Assembly: GCA_946407745.1 (NCBI GenBank)
Contig: CAMJPQ010000002.1
Location: forward strand, 21,787-85,786
DNA: 64,000 nucleotides
Source: an uncultured Clostridia bacterium
Lineage (GTDB): Bacteria > Bacillota > Clostridia > Christensenellales > Aristaeellaceae
Direction: 5' to 3'
The position numbers were made by a program, and so were the translations under genes. The notes under the pieces were generated by a model. The model saw only the letters and a program-made list of their open reading frames with translations. It did not search any database and was not told the DNA's origin. Shown piece by piece: positions 47,295 through 56,976 of this stretch (its first letter is position 1; every line of letters begins with the position of its first letter).

Positions 47295-47951
47295 TCAACG
47301 CAGAAGCGCCCGCAGCCGCATCTCATCAACATCCGGCATGGCACAACAGAGCCGGTGCACCATGGCTGTAAGGCTCTGCGCGGGAGAGCAGTCCTCAGTG
47401 TCCACAATCTCTGCCCCCAGAAAGCGTTCCGGGGTATCAATCAGCGCGTTGCCCCAGCCATATGGGCGGCCGAAGCGATCCACATCGTATACAAAGTCCG
47501 TATCGATGAGAAAGGTCTGCATCTGCAGGCGGCACATCACGGTGTCAAATCCCTTCGCAACGCCACAGCGTTTTCGCAGATCACGCCGCCTGATTGGTCC
47601 AGCGTTCTGTGCGCAGGCCATCACCAGCTTATCGGTATAGGGGACCAGGTTATCGTCGCAGCGGCCCTCAAAATCATATCCGTCACGGCGGTAATTGCAC
47701 AGGCGCGAAAAGCATGGAAGGCTCACAAAGGCTGCTTTTCCCCTTATGAATTTCCCGTATACAAGCTTCTTTTCTCTTGCGAGCGCACCCTTCCACTCCC
47801 ACGGCCCGCTTTGGTCGGTGAACCACAGCGAAGGATCGATGTTCTCCTCCAGTGACCAGCCTGCGACCGGATTTGCGAAGAAAGGCAAAAAACCGATCTC
47901 CTCCACCAGCGCAGTCAAGTCCTCCGGGCTGCGCACCGTGTGAAAACGCAT
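47295..47951 (-). CDS. AlkZ-related (winged-helix, DUF1006-like) protein
   Basis: 218 aa. The pattern GFLPFFANPVAGWSLEE...WF....GPWEWKG...YGKFIRGKAAFVS...NYRRDGYDFEGR matches my memory of the short 'AlkZ-related' family. Confidence 0.5.
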   Translation of the reverse strand: MRFHTVRSPEDLTALVEEIGFLPFFANPVAGWSLEENIDPSLWFTDQSGPWEWKGALAREKKLVYGKFIRGKAAFVSLPCFSRLCNYRRDGYDFEGRCDDNLVPYTDKLVMACAQNAGPIRRRDLRKRCGVAKGFDTVMCRLQMQTFLIDTDFVYDVDRFGRPYGWGNALIDTPERFLGAEIVDTEDCSPAQSLTAMVHRLCCAMPDVDEMRLRALLR

Positions 47952-47963
47952 CCAGACTTCTCC

Positions 47964-48665
47964 TTATTGTTTATTCACATCAAATTTATAGCCAACACCC
48001 CAAACGGTGGCGATGTCCCAGCCGTGCTGAGTCCTTCCGGGCAGCTTTTCCCGCACCCGTTTGATATGAACATCCACTGTTCTGCTGGAATCTCCCGCAA
48101 AGTCAAAGCCCCATACCTGCTCCAGCAGCTGTTCCCTGGTAAAGACCTGCCCTGGATGGGAAGCCAGATAATACAGCACCTCCAGCTCCTTGGGCGGCAT
48201 CTCCACCCTGTTTCCTTCATAAAGCACTTCGAAACGGCTGAGACTGAGGCTCAGCGCCGGGTAGGACAGGGTATCGTCCTGAGCTTCCTCGCCGATGACG
48301 GACCGCCTCAGCACTGCTTTTACCCGAGCCAGCATTTCCTTTGGATCAAACGGTTTGGTGATATAATCATCCGCGCCCAGTTCCAGCCCAACCACCTTAT
48401 CCACGGTGTCATCCTTCGCGGTCAGCATGATGATGGGCAGCGCGGAGGTCTTGCGCACCGCCTTTAGCACCTGCCATCCGTCAATGCCCGGCAGCATCAC
48501 ATCCAACAGCATCAGATCCGGCGGGTTCCGGCGAAAGTCGGCCAGCGCGTCATCCCCTCTGGCTGCCGTTGCGACTTCGTAGCCCTCCTTCTTGAGATAG
48601 AGCTCTACCAGCGCGCGGATGCTCGGATCGTCATCCACCAGCAGTATTCTCGGTGTGTGGTTCAT
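47964..48665 (-). CDS. OmpR-family response regulator (no adjacent histidine kinase)
   Basis: Receiver domain (LLVDDD, LLDVMLPG, LTAKDD, KPF) plus a winged-helix output domain (...DVHIKRVREKL...WGVGYKF). Confidence 0.85.
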   Translation of the reverse strand: MNHTPRILLVDDDPSIRALVELYLKKEGYEVATAARGDDALADFRRNPPDLMLLDVMLPGIDGWQVLKAVRKTSALPIIMLTAKDDTVDKVVGLELGADDYITKPFDPKEMLARVKAVLRRSVIGEEAQDDTLSYPALSLSLSRFEVLYEGNRVEMPPKELEVLYYLASHPGQVFTREQLLEQVWGFDFAGDSSRTVDVHIKRVREKLPGRTQHGWDIATVWGVGYKFDVNKQ

Positions 48666-48678
48666 CTTTTCCTCCGCA

Positions 48679-51045
48679 CTATTTGAGCGTCACAATGGTC
48701 ACGCCGTCCTCGCCCTCGCCATAGGCTCCCTTGCGGAAGCTCTTTACATGAGGATTCCGGCGCAGATCCTGCTGTATGCCGGCGCGCAGCGTACCGGTCC
48801 CCTTGCCATGGATGATGCACACTTTGCCCATGCCTGAGAGCACCGCGTTGTCCAGGTATTGTCCCACAGTCATCAGGGCCTCGTCCAGCGCCATGCCGCG
48901 CACGTCGCAGTCCATGCGCACAGTGCGTGTCATCTGGCCGGTTTCGGAATGGAAGCTGGATTTGGTTTGTTTCTTTTCGCCCTTCAGCAGGCGCAGCTGG
49001 CTGATGTGTGCCTTGAATTTCATCACGCCGGCCTGCAGCTGCACTTCTCCGTTGCGGTCCGGTGCTGCAAGCACCGTTGCTTCCTGGTCGAGGTTGACGA
49101 TTTTTACACGGTCTCCGCTTTTTACGGTTTCCGGCGCGGTGCCGCTGTTGTCGCGTTTTTCCTGCAGGCCCTCTGACAAGGTATCGATCGTGGCTTCAAT
49201 CTTCCTGCGTGCCTCATTGGTCCCGCCGGAAATGCTTCCGCCTTCCTTTTTCAGCCGCTTCAGATCGGCAATGATATTCTCGCTCTCGCGCCTGGTCGCT
49301 TCCATCAGCCGCCGTGCATCTTCACGCGTTTTACGCATTGTATTTTCACGGCGCTCTTCCATTTCGCGGCGCAGCTTTTCCGCTTCATCCCGCAGGCGCA
49401 CAGTTTCCCTGGCTGCTTCTTCCGCAAGCTGGCGCTCGCGTTCAGCGACCTGCCTGTGATACTCCGCATTGGCAATCACATCCTCAAAACGGATGCTCTC
49501 GCCGGAAAGCAGCTGCCTGGCCTCTTCAATCAGCTGCTCGCTCAATCCAAGCTTCCGGCTGATTTCAAAGGCGTTGCTCTTGCCGGGAACACCGATGGAA
49601 AGCCGGTATGTGGGACGCAGTGTTTCCACGTCAAATTCTACTGACGCATTCTCCACGCCCGGCGTGGAGAGAGCAAAGGCCTTCAGTTCGCTGTAGTGCG
49701 TGGTCGCCATGGTTCTCGCTTGAATCTTCAGAAGGCGCCTCAGTATGCTCTGGGCAAGTGCGGCGCCCTCCGTCGGATCAGTCCCTGCTCCCAGCTCATC
49801 GAACAGCACCAGATCGCGTGGGGTCACATCCCGCATGATACCCACAATATTTGTCATGTGCCCGGAAAAAGTGGACAGGCTCTGTTCAATGGACTGTTCG
49901 TCGCCTATATCGGCGAACACCTGCTCGAAAACAGCCAGCTCAGTGCCCAAATCAGCCGGCACCTGCAGACCGGCCTGTGCCATGAGGGTGAACAGGCCGA
50001 CGGTTTTCAATGTCACCGTTTTGCCGCCAGTGTTCGGTCCGGTGATGATCAGCTCGGTGAAATCCTTGCCGAGCCACAGACTGCCGGGCACCACCTGCTC
50101 CGGTGGAATCAGCGGATGGCGTCCCCGCACAATATTGATGTATCCGCTGCTGTTCAGCTTTGGCTGAACAGCGTACATGGAGCGGCTGAGCAGGCCCTTG
50201 GCAAAGATAAAGTCCAGCTCGGCAAGCAGCGATACGTTCTCCTTCAGCGCATCAGCGTAAGGCGCAAGGGCTGCAGACAGTGAGGCAAGTATGCGATCAA
50301 TCTCCCGGCGCTCCTTGGCCTCCCATTCCTTCAGTTCATTGCCCATCTCCACGGCGGCCATCGGCTCAATAAACAGCGTGGCACCGGATGCGCTCTGATC
50401 GTGCACCAGGCCGGGGATGACGGAACGGTAATCCGCCTTGACCGGCAGCACATAACGGCCGTTGCGAACTGTAATCAGGCTGTCCTGCAGCGCATTCTGA
50501 TAGACCGGAGAGCGGAGCATCTGGTTCAGCTTGTCCTTGATCCGGGCGTTTGCGCCGCGCAGGTGCCGCCGTATGTCCATCAGCTCGGCAGAAGCCCTGT
50601 CCGCTATCTCATCCTCGCTGATAATCGCAGTGGTAATGTCTTCCTCCACATTTCGCAGAGGGAAAAGGCCCTCAGCTTTCTGTCGGAGCAACGGGGTGTT
50701 TTCACGCTCAGTACAGAGCGCGCTCCTGGCGGCACGTGTTGCCCGAAGCATTTCAGCGACCTGCAGCAGCGCTTTGGTAGACAGTGTCGCGCCTTTTTCT
50801 GCCAGAGCAAGGAAAGGCCGCACATCTCCGGAGGCAACCAGCGGTGTTCCCCCGACATACTGAAGTATAACAGCGGCCTCTTCTGTTTCCTGCTGCCAGA
50901 GCAGTACCTCCTGCAGGTTGGAGGAAGGCAGCAGCTCACGGCAAAGCGCCGCGCCCATTTCGGTTATGGCGCGGTCTGCAAGCTCTTCACGGATTTTTGT
51001 AAATTCCAGCACCCGCAGGGTGCGATCAAGTCCGTTCTGTTCCAT
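48679..51045 (-). CDS. mutS2: Endonuclease MutS2 (MutS domain plus C-terminal Smr)
   Basis: 788 aa. Walker A GPNTGGKTV, MutS signature ...DELGAGTDPTEGAAL, coiled-coil region, and C-terminal Smr (IIHGKGTGTLR). Confidence 0.9.
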   Translation of the reverse strand: MEQNGLDRTLRVLEFTKIREELADRAITEMGAALCRELLPSSNLQEVLLWQQETEEAAVILQYVGGTPLVASGDVRPFLALAEKGATLSTKALLQVAEMLRATRAARSALCTERENTPLLRQKAEGLFPLRNVEEDITTAIISEDEIADRASAELMDIRRHLRGANARIKDKLNQMLRSPVYQNALQDSLITVRNGRYVLPVKADYRSVIPGLVHDQSASGATLFIEPMAAVEMGNELKEWEAKERREIDRILASLSAALAPYADALKENVSLLAELDFIFAKGLLSRSMYAVQPKLNSSGYINIVRGRHPLIPPEQVVPGSLWLGKDFTELIITGPNTGGKTVTLKTVGLFTLMAQAGLQVPADLGTELAVFEQVFADIGDEQSIEQSLSTFSGHMTNIVGIMRDVTPRDLVLFDELGAGTDPTEGAALAQSILRRLLKIQARTMATTHYSELKAFALSTPGVENASVEFDVETLRPTYRLSIGVPGKSNAFEISRKLGLSEQLIEEARQLLSGESIRFEDVIANAEYHRQVAERERQLAEEAARETVRLRDEAEKLRREMEERRENTMRKTREDARRLMEATRRESENIIADLKRLKKEGGSISGGTNEARRKIEATIDTLSEGLQEKRDNSGTAPETVKSGDRVKIVNLDQEATVLAAPDRNGEVQLQAGVMKFKAHISQLRLLKGEKKQTKSSFHSETGQMTRTVRMDCDVRGMALDEALMTVGQYLDNAVLSGMGKVCIIHGKGTGTLRAGIQQDLRRNPHVKSFRKGAYGEGEDGVTIVTLK

Positions 51046-51066
51046 ACTGGTGCCCTCTGATCACTC

Positions 51067-53340
51067 TTATTCCACCGGTCTGCGCCAGTGTCCTGAAGTT
51101 GCCGCCTCTCCGGCAGACAGATCATACTCGTCAATGAGACTGTAAAGAACCGGCCAGCCTTTTTTTTCGATCTGGCTGCAAAGATCGGTCGGCACTGAAT
51201 TGAACAGCTGCACAACGCAGCCTTCTGGCAGCCGTTGCCGCGTCATCGGGAACGTGACATTCTTTCGGTCAGTCAGCACGACGGAACGCAGTGAATCCTT
51301 ACTGTTCAGGTCACAAAGCCTGCATTCGCTGTGCCCCTGGGTCAGTCCAAGTCTCGTCCTCGCCGGGCAGTGATGCAGCAGCATCATCTGTGTACGGCCG
51401 TAAGCCCATACCACAATGGGCGGATTGTCACGCATCAGCAGTTGTAGCTCGCTGCCGCTCAGTTCCTGCGACGCAGTTACAAAACTGCAGCCGTCTTCCA
51501 GCAGCTGTGCTGCAGCCATGCGATTCATCACAGGGATACCGGGGCCGGCCGCCACAGGCACCGGCCATTCGAGGCCAAGCTGACCGACACTGCCCAGCAG
51601 CAGACCTCCCAGTTTTCTCTCCCAGCGGGCTGTAAACTGCCGCAGGCTTTGCAGCGTAGATTCTTCGCATGTCATCGGCAGATGCAGCCACACGCCTTCC
51701 GGCAGCTGGGGCATTTGACAGTCCAGTGCTTCCATCCGCCAGTCCTCCGGCTGCCACACTGGCAAAAAGCCATTCGGCATGAGGAACAGCTGTTTTTCAT
51801 CACGGAATAGGAAAAGGTTTGGCGCGCCAGATGCAGGCAGCTTCGGATCAAGGTCAGCAAATCCAAAAGCCGGCTCCTTTTCTTTTTCTGCAAGCAGCGC
51901 TTCCTCCAGCGCGGAAAAAGCTTCCCGCCGTAGTGCGTTTATGGCGGATACGGGCACAAAAGCATTTTCGGTGTGGATTTCAGCACTTTCAAGGGAAAAG
52001 GCTGTATCGCCTGTCTTTTTCAACTGCCTGAGGATATCATCCTCGCTCAGCGCTGCCTTCTGTGCTGTTTCGACTGCCGCGCCACAGCGCGTGACGCTCA
52101 GAGCTGCCGATGACAATGTCAGCATCAGCGGTGACCCCGGGATGGCTTCCAGCTTCGCCCTGGCCTTCAGCAACTTTGGGGGAATCGCCTCAAGGTGTTC
52201 AGTCAGCACGGCATCCGTCAGGCGAACCACATTGCTGCCAACGCGCAGCGGGTTTTCCTTCTTGCATGGCACTGAAACGGTGTTTCCCGGTTCGACAGGC
52301 GCTTCGCGCCAAGTCATATAGACTGGCTCCTGTGTCCCTGTTAGCTTCAGCTCGTCGCCGCTCCCAATGCGGCACTCAAATAGAACAGAAGCGCTTCTGC
52401 CCCTGGCGGCAGTAACGCGCCCCACTGGGATGCCGCGATGGGTGTTCCCATCCGGGCTGATGAAAGCGGCGTCCTCCACGCCAAAAGCGTACCCCCGCAT
52501 GAAGCCACGGTTAAACAGCTGCGCAAGCTTACGCTTTTCAGCATCATCCATCGGCTGAAAGCGGTTCTGCTCTGCAGCCCGTGCGGCCTGCGCATAAGCA
52601 TGGGTGACGCCGGCAACATATGCAGGCGGCTTCAGCCTGCCTTCGATTTTTAATGAGGCGACGCCTGCGCGCTGCAGTGCCGGCAGGTCGTCGCGCAGGC
52701 AAACATCACGGGGCGAAAGCCACTTTCCCTCTGCTCCGTTCAGTGTGTAGCTCAGGCGGCAAGGCTGCGCACAGCGGCCCCTGTTGCCGCTGCGTTCACC
52801 AAGCATAGAAGAGAAAAGACATTCTCCGCTGACGGCTACGCACTGCGCGCCATGGACAAAAACTTCAATTTCAATCGGCACCTTGCAGCATGCAGTGATC
52901 TCATCCAGTGAGCATTCCCTGGCCAGCACCACCCTGCGCATCCCCTTCCGAAGACACCACTTTGCGCCTGTGGCATTGTGAATTGCCATCTGCGTGGATG
53001 CGTGAACCGCCATATCCGGCAGACAGTGCCGCACCATGCGCAAAATACCCAGGTCCTGGATCAGCAGCGCATCCACATGCGCTTCTGCAAGAATACGAAG
53101 CACCTGCAGTGCATCCGGAAGCTCAGTGTCCTTGATGAGCGTGTTGAACGCCGCGTGCACGCGCACACCTCGGAGATGGCAGAAGCGGACTGCCTCCTGA
53201 AGCTGCTGGCGGTCGAAGTTACCCGCGCCAGCCCTTGCCGAAAAAGCCGTATATCCGAGATATACCGCGTCGGCTCCTGCAGCCACAGCCGCTTTCAGTG
53301 AGTCCATGCTCCCGGCGGGCGCCAATACCTCCATACTCAC
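51067..53340 (-). CDS. U32-family peptidase-like protein (long form)
   Basis: 757 aa. N-terminus EVLAPAGSMDSLKAAVAAGADAVYLG, plus the U32 signature region with conserved Cys residues (...GNRGRCAQPCR). Confidence 0.8.
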   Translation of the reverse strand: MSMEVLAPAGSMDSLKAAVAAGADAVYLGYTAFSARAGAGNFDRQQLQEAVRFCHLRGVRVHAAFNTLIKDTELPDALQVLRILAEAHVDALLIQDLGILRMVRHCLPDMAVHASTQMAIHNATGAKWCLRKGMRRVVLARECSLDEITACCKVPIEIEVFVHGAQCVAVSGECLFSSMLGERSGNRGRCAQPCRLSYTLNGAEGKWLSPRDVCLRDDLPALQRAGVASLKIEGRLKPPAYVAGVTHAYAQAARAAEQNRFQPMDDAEKRKLAQLFNRGFMRGYAFGVEDAAFISPDGNTHRGIPVGRVTAARGRSASVLFECRIGSGDELKLTGTQEPVYMTWREAPVEPGNTVSVPCKKENPLRVGSNVVRLTDAVLTEHLEAIPPKLLKARAKLEAIPGSPLMLTLSSAALSVTRCGAAVETAQKAALSEDDILRQLKKTGDTAFSLESAEIHTENAFVPVSAINALRREAFSALEEALLAEKEKEPAFGFADLDPKLPASGAPNLFLFRDEKQLFLMPNGFLPVWQPEDWRMEALDCQMPQLPEGVWLHLPMTCEESTLQSLRQFTARWERKLGGLLLGSVGQLGLEWPVPVAAGPGIPVMNRMAAAQLLEDGCSFVTASQELSGSELQLLMRDNPPIVVWAYGRTQMMLLHHCPARTRLGLTQGHSECRLCDLNSKDSLRSVVLTDRKNVTFPMTRQRLPEGCVVQLFNSVPTDLCSQIEKKGWPVLYSLIDEYDLSAGEAATSGHWRRPVE

Positions 53341-53612
53341 ACCTCACCCTGACGCGAAAGAAGCTCTTCTTCCAGATCACGCACTCTGGCCCGAAGGCGA
53401 GTGATTTCATCCTGCGACTTCAGCAGCTCATCAGCAAGGTTGATAGCGGCCAGCACATTGCTTTGTACCGCAGGCAGGTGGGTGGCGATGGTCATCTCAC
53501 GCAGGGCGCGATCCGTGTAGGCAGCCACGCGCTGCATGTATTCACTGCTGTCAGAAGAGACAAGCGTGTACTCCCTGCCGCCCACGTAAACACTTGTTTT
53601 TGTTTTCTCCAT
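53337..53612 (-). CDS. zapA: Cell-division protein ZapA
   Basis: 91 aa. V.VGGREYTL.S..SEEY...VA..... followed by a coiled-coil tail. The stop overlaps the U32 start by 4 nt. Confidence 0.6.
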   Translation of the reverse strand: MEKTKTSVYVGGREYTLVSSDSSEYMQRVAAYTDRALREMTIATHLPAVQSNVLAAINLADELLKSQDEITRLRARVRDLEEELLSRQGEV

Positions 53613-53627
53613 CAGTCTTCTCTTTTC

Positions 53628-54146
53628 TTACAGCTTGGTGAACGGATAGTCCTGACCGTAGGTCTCTGCGCGGACAGACTGCATTGTTTGCGCCTCATAC
53701 GGCTTGTCACGCCTGTCGCGGGGAGAGGAGACAATGCGCTCCGCAGTTTCCATTCCCTCCAGCACCTTGCCGAAGGCCGCGTATTGGCCGTCCAGGTGAG
53801 GCGAGTCGCTTGTCATGATAAAGAACTGGCTTCCGGCAGAATCAGGGTGCATGCTCCGCGCCATGGACAGCACACCGTAGGTATGTTTCAGCGGGTTCGC
53901 CACACCGTTCGCGGCAAACTCGCCCTTAATACGCCAGCCGGGTCCGCCCGTGCCAATGCCCTGCGGATCCCCACCTTGGATCATGAAGCCGGGAATAACT
54001 CGGTGGAAGATGACGCCGTCATAAAAGCCGCTGTTGGCCAGGTGGATAAAATTTCCGACGGATTCCGGGGCAATGTCCGGATAGAGCTCGCCCTTCATTA
54101 TGCTGCCGTCTGTCATGGTGATGACAAAAGTTGGATTCTGAGCCAT
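53628..54146 (-). CDS. ppiB: Peptidyl-prolyl cis-trans isomerase (cyclophilin type)
   Basis: 172 aa. Contains FHRVIPGFMIQGGDP, SMA....DS.GSQFFI and VFG.V.EGM. Confidence 0.85.
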   Translation of the reverse strand: MAQNPTFVITMTDGSIMKGELYPDIAPESVGNFIHLANSGFYDGVIFHRVIPGFMIQGGDPQGIGTGGPGWRIKGEFAANGVANPLKHTYGVLSMARSMHPDSAGSQFFIMTSDSPHLDGQYAAFGKVLEGMETAERIVSSPRDRRDKPYEAQTMQSVRAETYGQDYPFTKL

Positions 54147-54253
54147 GGTGTGTTCCCCCTTCGGTTATCGAGCAATTTCATTGTTATTGTAGCAACTTTT
54201 GACCCGCATTGCAAGGGGCGCTAAGGTACATATGATAAAGAGCTGCAGCCTTG

Positions 54254-54282
54254 TTGACAATTAATGGTGTGAGGGATAAAAT
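54254..54282 (+). promoter_or_regulatory. Promoter of the panT-like/coaX/alaX/metF gene string
   Basis: TTGACA (54254-54259), 17-nt spacer, TAAAAT (54277-54282), followed by an approximately 120-nt leader. Confidence 0.5.
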
Positions 54283-54403
54283 GAAACCGCCAATGACAGC
54301 TGTCATCCCCGAGAGCGGCATCGCATCGGAGGAAAGCTCAGACAGCATCTGAGGCGCAGCATATCAAATCAGGGCATCCGTCCGGAGCCCGAGGGAGGAC
54401 AAA

Positions 54404-55000
54404 ATGAATAACAAACAACAAGCAGGACGCAAAAGGCTGCATACCATCAGCGCACTGGCGCTGCTCACGGCACTGATCATCGTGCTGGGGCTCACACCGC
54501 TCGGCCTGATTCCGCTGGGATTTATCTATGTGACCATCCTCTGCGTGCCTGTCATACTCGGCACCCTGTATCTCGGACTGAAGCCGGGCCTTTTTCTTGG
54601 CTTTGCCTTTGGCGCGGTCAGCTTTTATACAGCGCTGACACGGCCGTCCACGCTGGTAGCGCCGCTGATCTCCGCCTCTCTGCCGCTGACCACCGTGATG
54701 ATCTTTCTTCCGCGCCTGTGTGTTCCCGCTGTGGCATGGCTCATCTATCAGCTGACGCTGAACAGCCGCTTCAAAAAAGCGGCGCCCGCCACTGCAGCAG
54801 TCTGTGGAAGCCTGACCAATACCGTGCTGTACCTGGGACTGATGCTGCTGTTCTATGTGCTTTGCGGCATTGACACAGCCGGCGTGCTGGCCCTGATCGC
54901 AGGCACGGCAGCCATCGCCGGGCTCAGCGAGGCGGCTGTTGCGGCCATACTGGTCACACCCATTCTCGCAGCAGTCCGCAAGATTAAAAGAAAAACCTGA
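54404..55000 (+). CDS. ECF-transporter S component (substrate possibly pantothenate, inferred from coaX adjacency)
   Basis: 198 aa, about 6 TM, with an ECF S-component-like N-terminus (LLTALIIVLGLTPLGLIPLGFIYVTILCVPVILG). Immediately upstream of type III pantothenate kinase. Confidence 0.5.
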   Translation: MNNKQQAGRKRLHTISALALLTALIIVLGLTPLGLIPLGFIYVTILCVPVILGTLYLGLKPGLFLGFAFGAVSFYTALTRPSTLVAPLISASLPLTTVMIFLPRLCVPAVAWLIYQLTLNSRFKKAAPATAAVCGSLTNTVLYLGLMLLFYVLCGIDTAGVLALIAGTAAIAGLSEAAVAAILVTPILAAVRKIKRKT

Positions 55001-55020
55001 CCCCCAACGGAGGAGACACA

Positions 55021-55800
55021 ATGCTTTTCTGTATGGATATCGGCAACACCAATATCAAAACCGCGCTGTTTGACAGTGAAAAGATGGTGGGATACTGGCG
55101 CGTATCTACCAACAGGACGTACACATCTGATGAGTACGGCATTCTGTTCGACCGCCTTTTTGAGCACAGCGGCTTTAGCCGCACGCAGGTGGAGGGCATT
55201 ATTATCTCCTCTGTTGTTCCCACCATCAATTTCACCATAGAGCATATGTGCCGGGACTATTTCGGGCGGCAGCCCATGCTGGTTGTTCCGGGTATCAAAA
55301 CTGGCATCCGTGTCAGCTATGAGAATCCTCGTGAGCTGGGCAGTGACCGTATTGCCAACGCTGTCGCTGCGTATGCAGAATATGGCGCGCCGGTGATCTA
55401 TATTGACTTTGGTACAGCCACTACCTTCGGCGTGGTGGATAACGGCGGTGTTTTCCTTGGCGGCTGCATCTGCCCCGGCATCAAGCTGGCCAGTGAGGCG
55501 CTGGGCAGCGGTACAGCCAAGCTGCCGCGCTTTGAGCTGGCTCGTCCTGAAAATGTCATAGGCAAAACAACACTGGCCAACCTGCAGAGCGGTATGTACT
55601 ACGGCTATGTTGGCCTTGTCGTTTACCTGATCCGTAAAATGAAGCAGGAGCTTGGAAAGCCGGCCACGGTGATTGCTACCGGCGGTATGGCCCAAATGAT
55701 CTCCGAGGAAAGCGGCGAGATCGACCGTGTGGACGGGACGCTGACATTGAAAGGGCTGCGTCTGATCTGGATGAAAAACCGGGGCGAGGCGGGTGAATGA
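55021..55800 (+). CDS. coaX: Type III pantothenate kinase
   Basis: 259 aa. Starts MLFCMDIGNTNIK; contains GSDRIANAVAA, IDFGTATTF and LATGG-like TVIATGG. Confidence 0.85.
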   Translation: MLFCMDIGNTNIKTALFDSEKMVGYWRVSTNRTYTSDEYGILFDRLFEHSGFSRTQVEGIIISSVVPTINFTIEHMCRDYFGRQPMLVVPGIKTGIRVSYENPRELGSDRIANAVAAYAEYGAPVIYIDFGTATTFGVVDNGGVFLGGCICPGIKLASEALGSGTAKLPRFELARPENVIGKTTLANLQSGMYYGYVGLVVYLIRKMKQELGKPATVIATGGMAQMISEESGEIDRVDGTLTLKGLRLIWMKNRGEAGE

Positions 55801-56972
55801 ACGTCATGGCAACGGAACGCCTATTTGACATTTCACCATATGAGTACAGCTTCTCGGGGCAAGTGCTCGCTTGCGAAGCCTACGGCAGAGACCGTTTTAG
55901 CGTTGCTCTGAACCGAACGGCCTTTTATCCGGAGGGCGGCGGCCAGCCGGCAGACCGCGGTACCTTAGCAGGCTTTCCTGTGCTTGACGTGCAGGAGAAA
56001 GATGGCATCATCTGGCATACGCTGGATAAGGCGCTTGAAGCTGGCACTGCAGTTGAAGGTACAGTGGATGAGGCTTTCCGCTGGAGCAACAGCCAGCAGC
56101 ATACCGGCGAGCATATTCTGTCCGGCCTGACCTGCGCAAGGCACAGCTGCAGCAATGTAGGCTTTCACATTGGCAGCAGTGAGGTGACACTGGATTTCAA
56201 TGTTCCCATCACCTGGGAGGAGGCACTTTCTCTCGAGGAGGCAGCGAACCGTGTCATCTGGAAGAATGTGCCCGTGAAATGCTTCTGGCCCACACCTGAG
56301 GAGCTGGCCTCCATCAACTACCGCTCTAAAAAGGCACTGACGGGACCTGTCCGCATCGTACAGATCGAGGGCGCCGACACCTGTGCCTGCTGCGGTACCC
56401 ATGTGCCCTCTACCGGCTGTGTCGGGCAGATTAAGCTTGTGGACCGGATCAATTACAAGGGCGGCGTCCGTCTGTCCATACTCTGTGGTGACAGGGCACT
56501 GGCTTATGAAAACGCTTTGTCGCATGAGCACCGGGAAACAGGGCAGCTATTGTCCGCAAAGGCCGGCACGCACGCCGCCGCCCTGCGTCGTCTGCTGGAT
56601 GAAAGGGACGCACTGAAAGAGCAGGCCGGACGATTGAGCCTCGCACTGTTTGAGGCACGAACCAAGGCGCTTGAATCGGAAGAGATACGGATAATCAAGG
56701 CGAACGAGCTCTCCCCTGAGAATCTGTGCCGAGCCGCGGGCCTGCTGGCTAAAGGCGCCAGAGCCGCGTTGGTGCTTCTACCTACGGAGTATGGCTGTAT
56801 GTTTGCGCTCTGCTCAGACACAGCGGATATAAGGGCAGCCGGCAAGGCACTTTGCGCAGCTTTCAGCGGAAAAGGCGGCGGCAATTCAGGCATGGTACAG
56901 GGCCGCCTGTCCGCCTGGAGCATTCCGGAAGCGAAACGATGCATCGAATCAGCCCTGGCGGCAGAAGGATAA
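55797..56972 (+). CDS. Alanyl-tRNA editing protein (AlaX-L-like; AlaRS second-additional-domain family)
   Basis: 391 aa. Zinc-site motifs HTGEHIL and CCGTH. The start overlaps the coaX stop (ATGA). Confidence 0.7.
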   Translation: MNVMATERLFDISPYEYSFSGQVLACEAYGRDRFSVALNRTAFYPEGGGQPADRGTLAGFPVLDVQEKDGIIWHTLDKALEAGTAVEGTVDEAFRWSNSQQHTGEHILSGLTCARHSCSNVGFHIGSSEVTLDFNVPITWEEALSLEEAANRVIWKNVPVKCFWPTPEELASINYRSKKALTGPVRIVQIEGADTCACCGTHVPSTGCVGQIKLVDRINYKGGVRLSILCGDRALAYENALSHEHRETGQLLSAKAGTHAAALRRLLDERDALKEQAGRLSLALFEARTKALESEEIRIIKANELSPENLCRAAGLLAKGARAALVLLPTEYGCMFALCSDTADIRAAGKALCAAFSGKGGGNSGMVQGRLSAWSIPEAKRCIESALAAEG

Positions 56973-56976
56973 ACAG

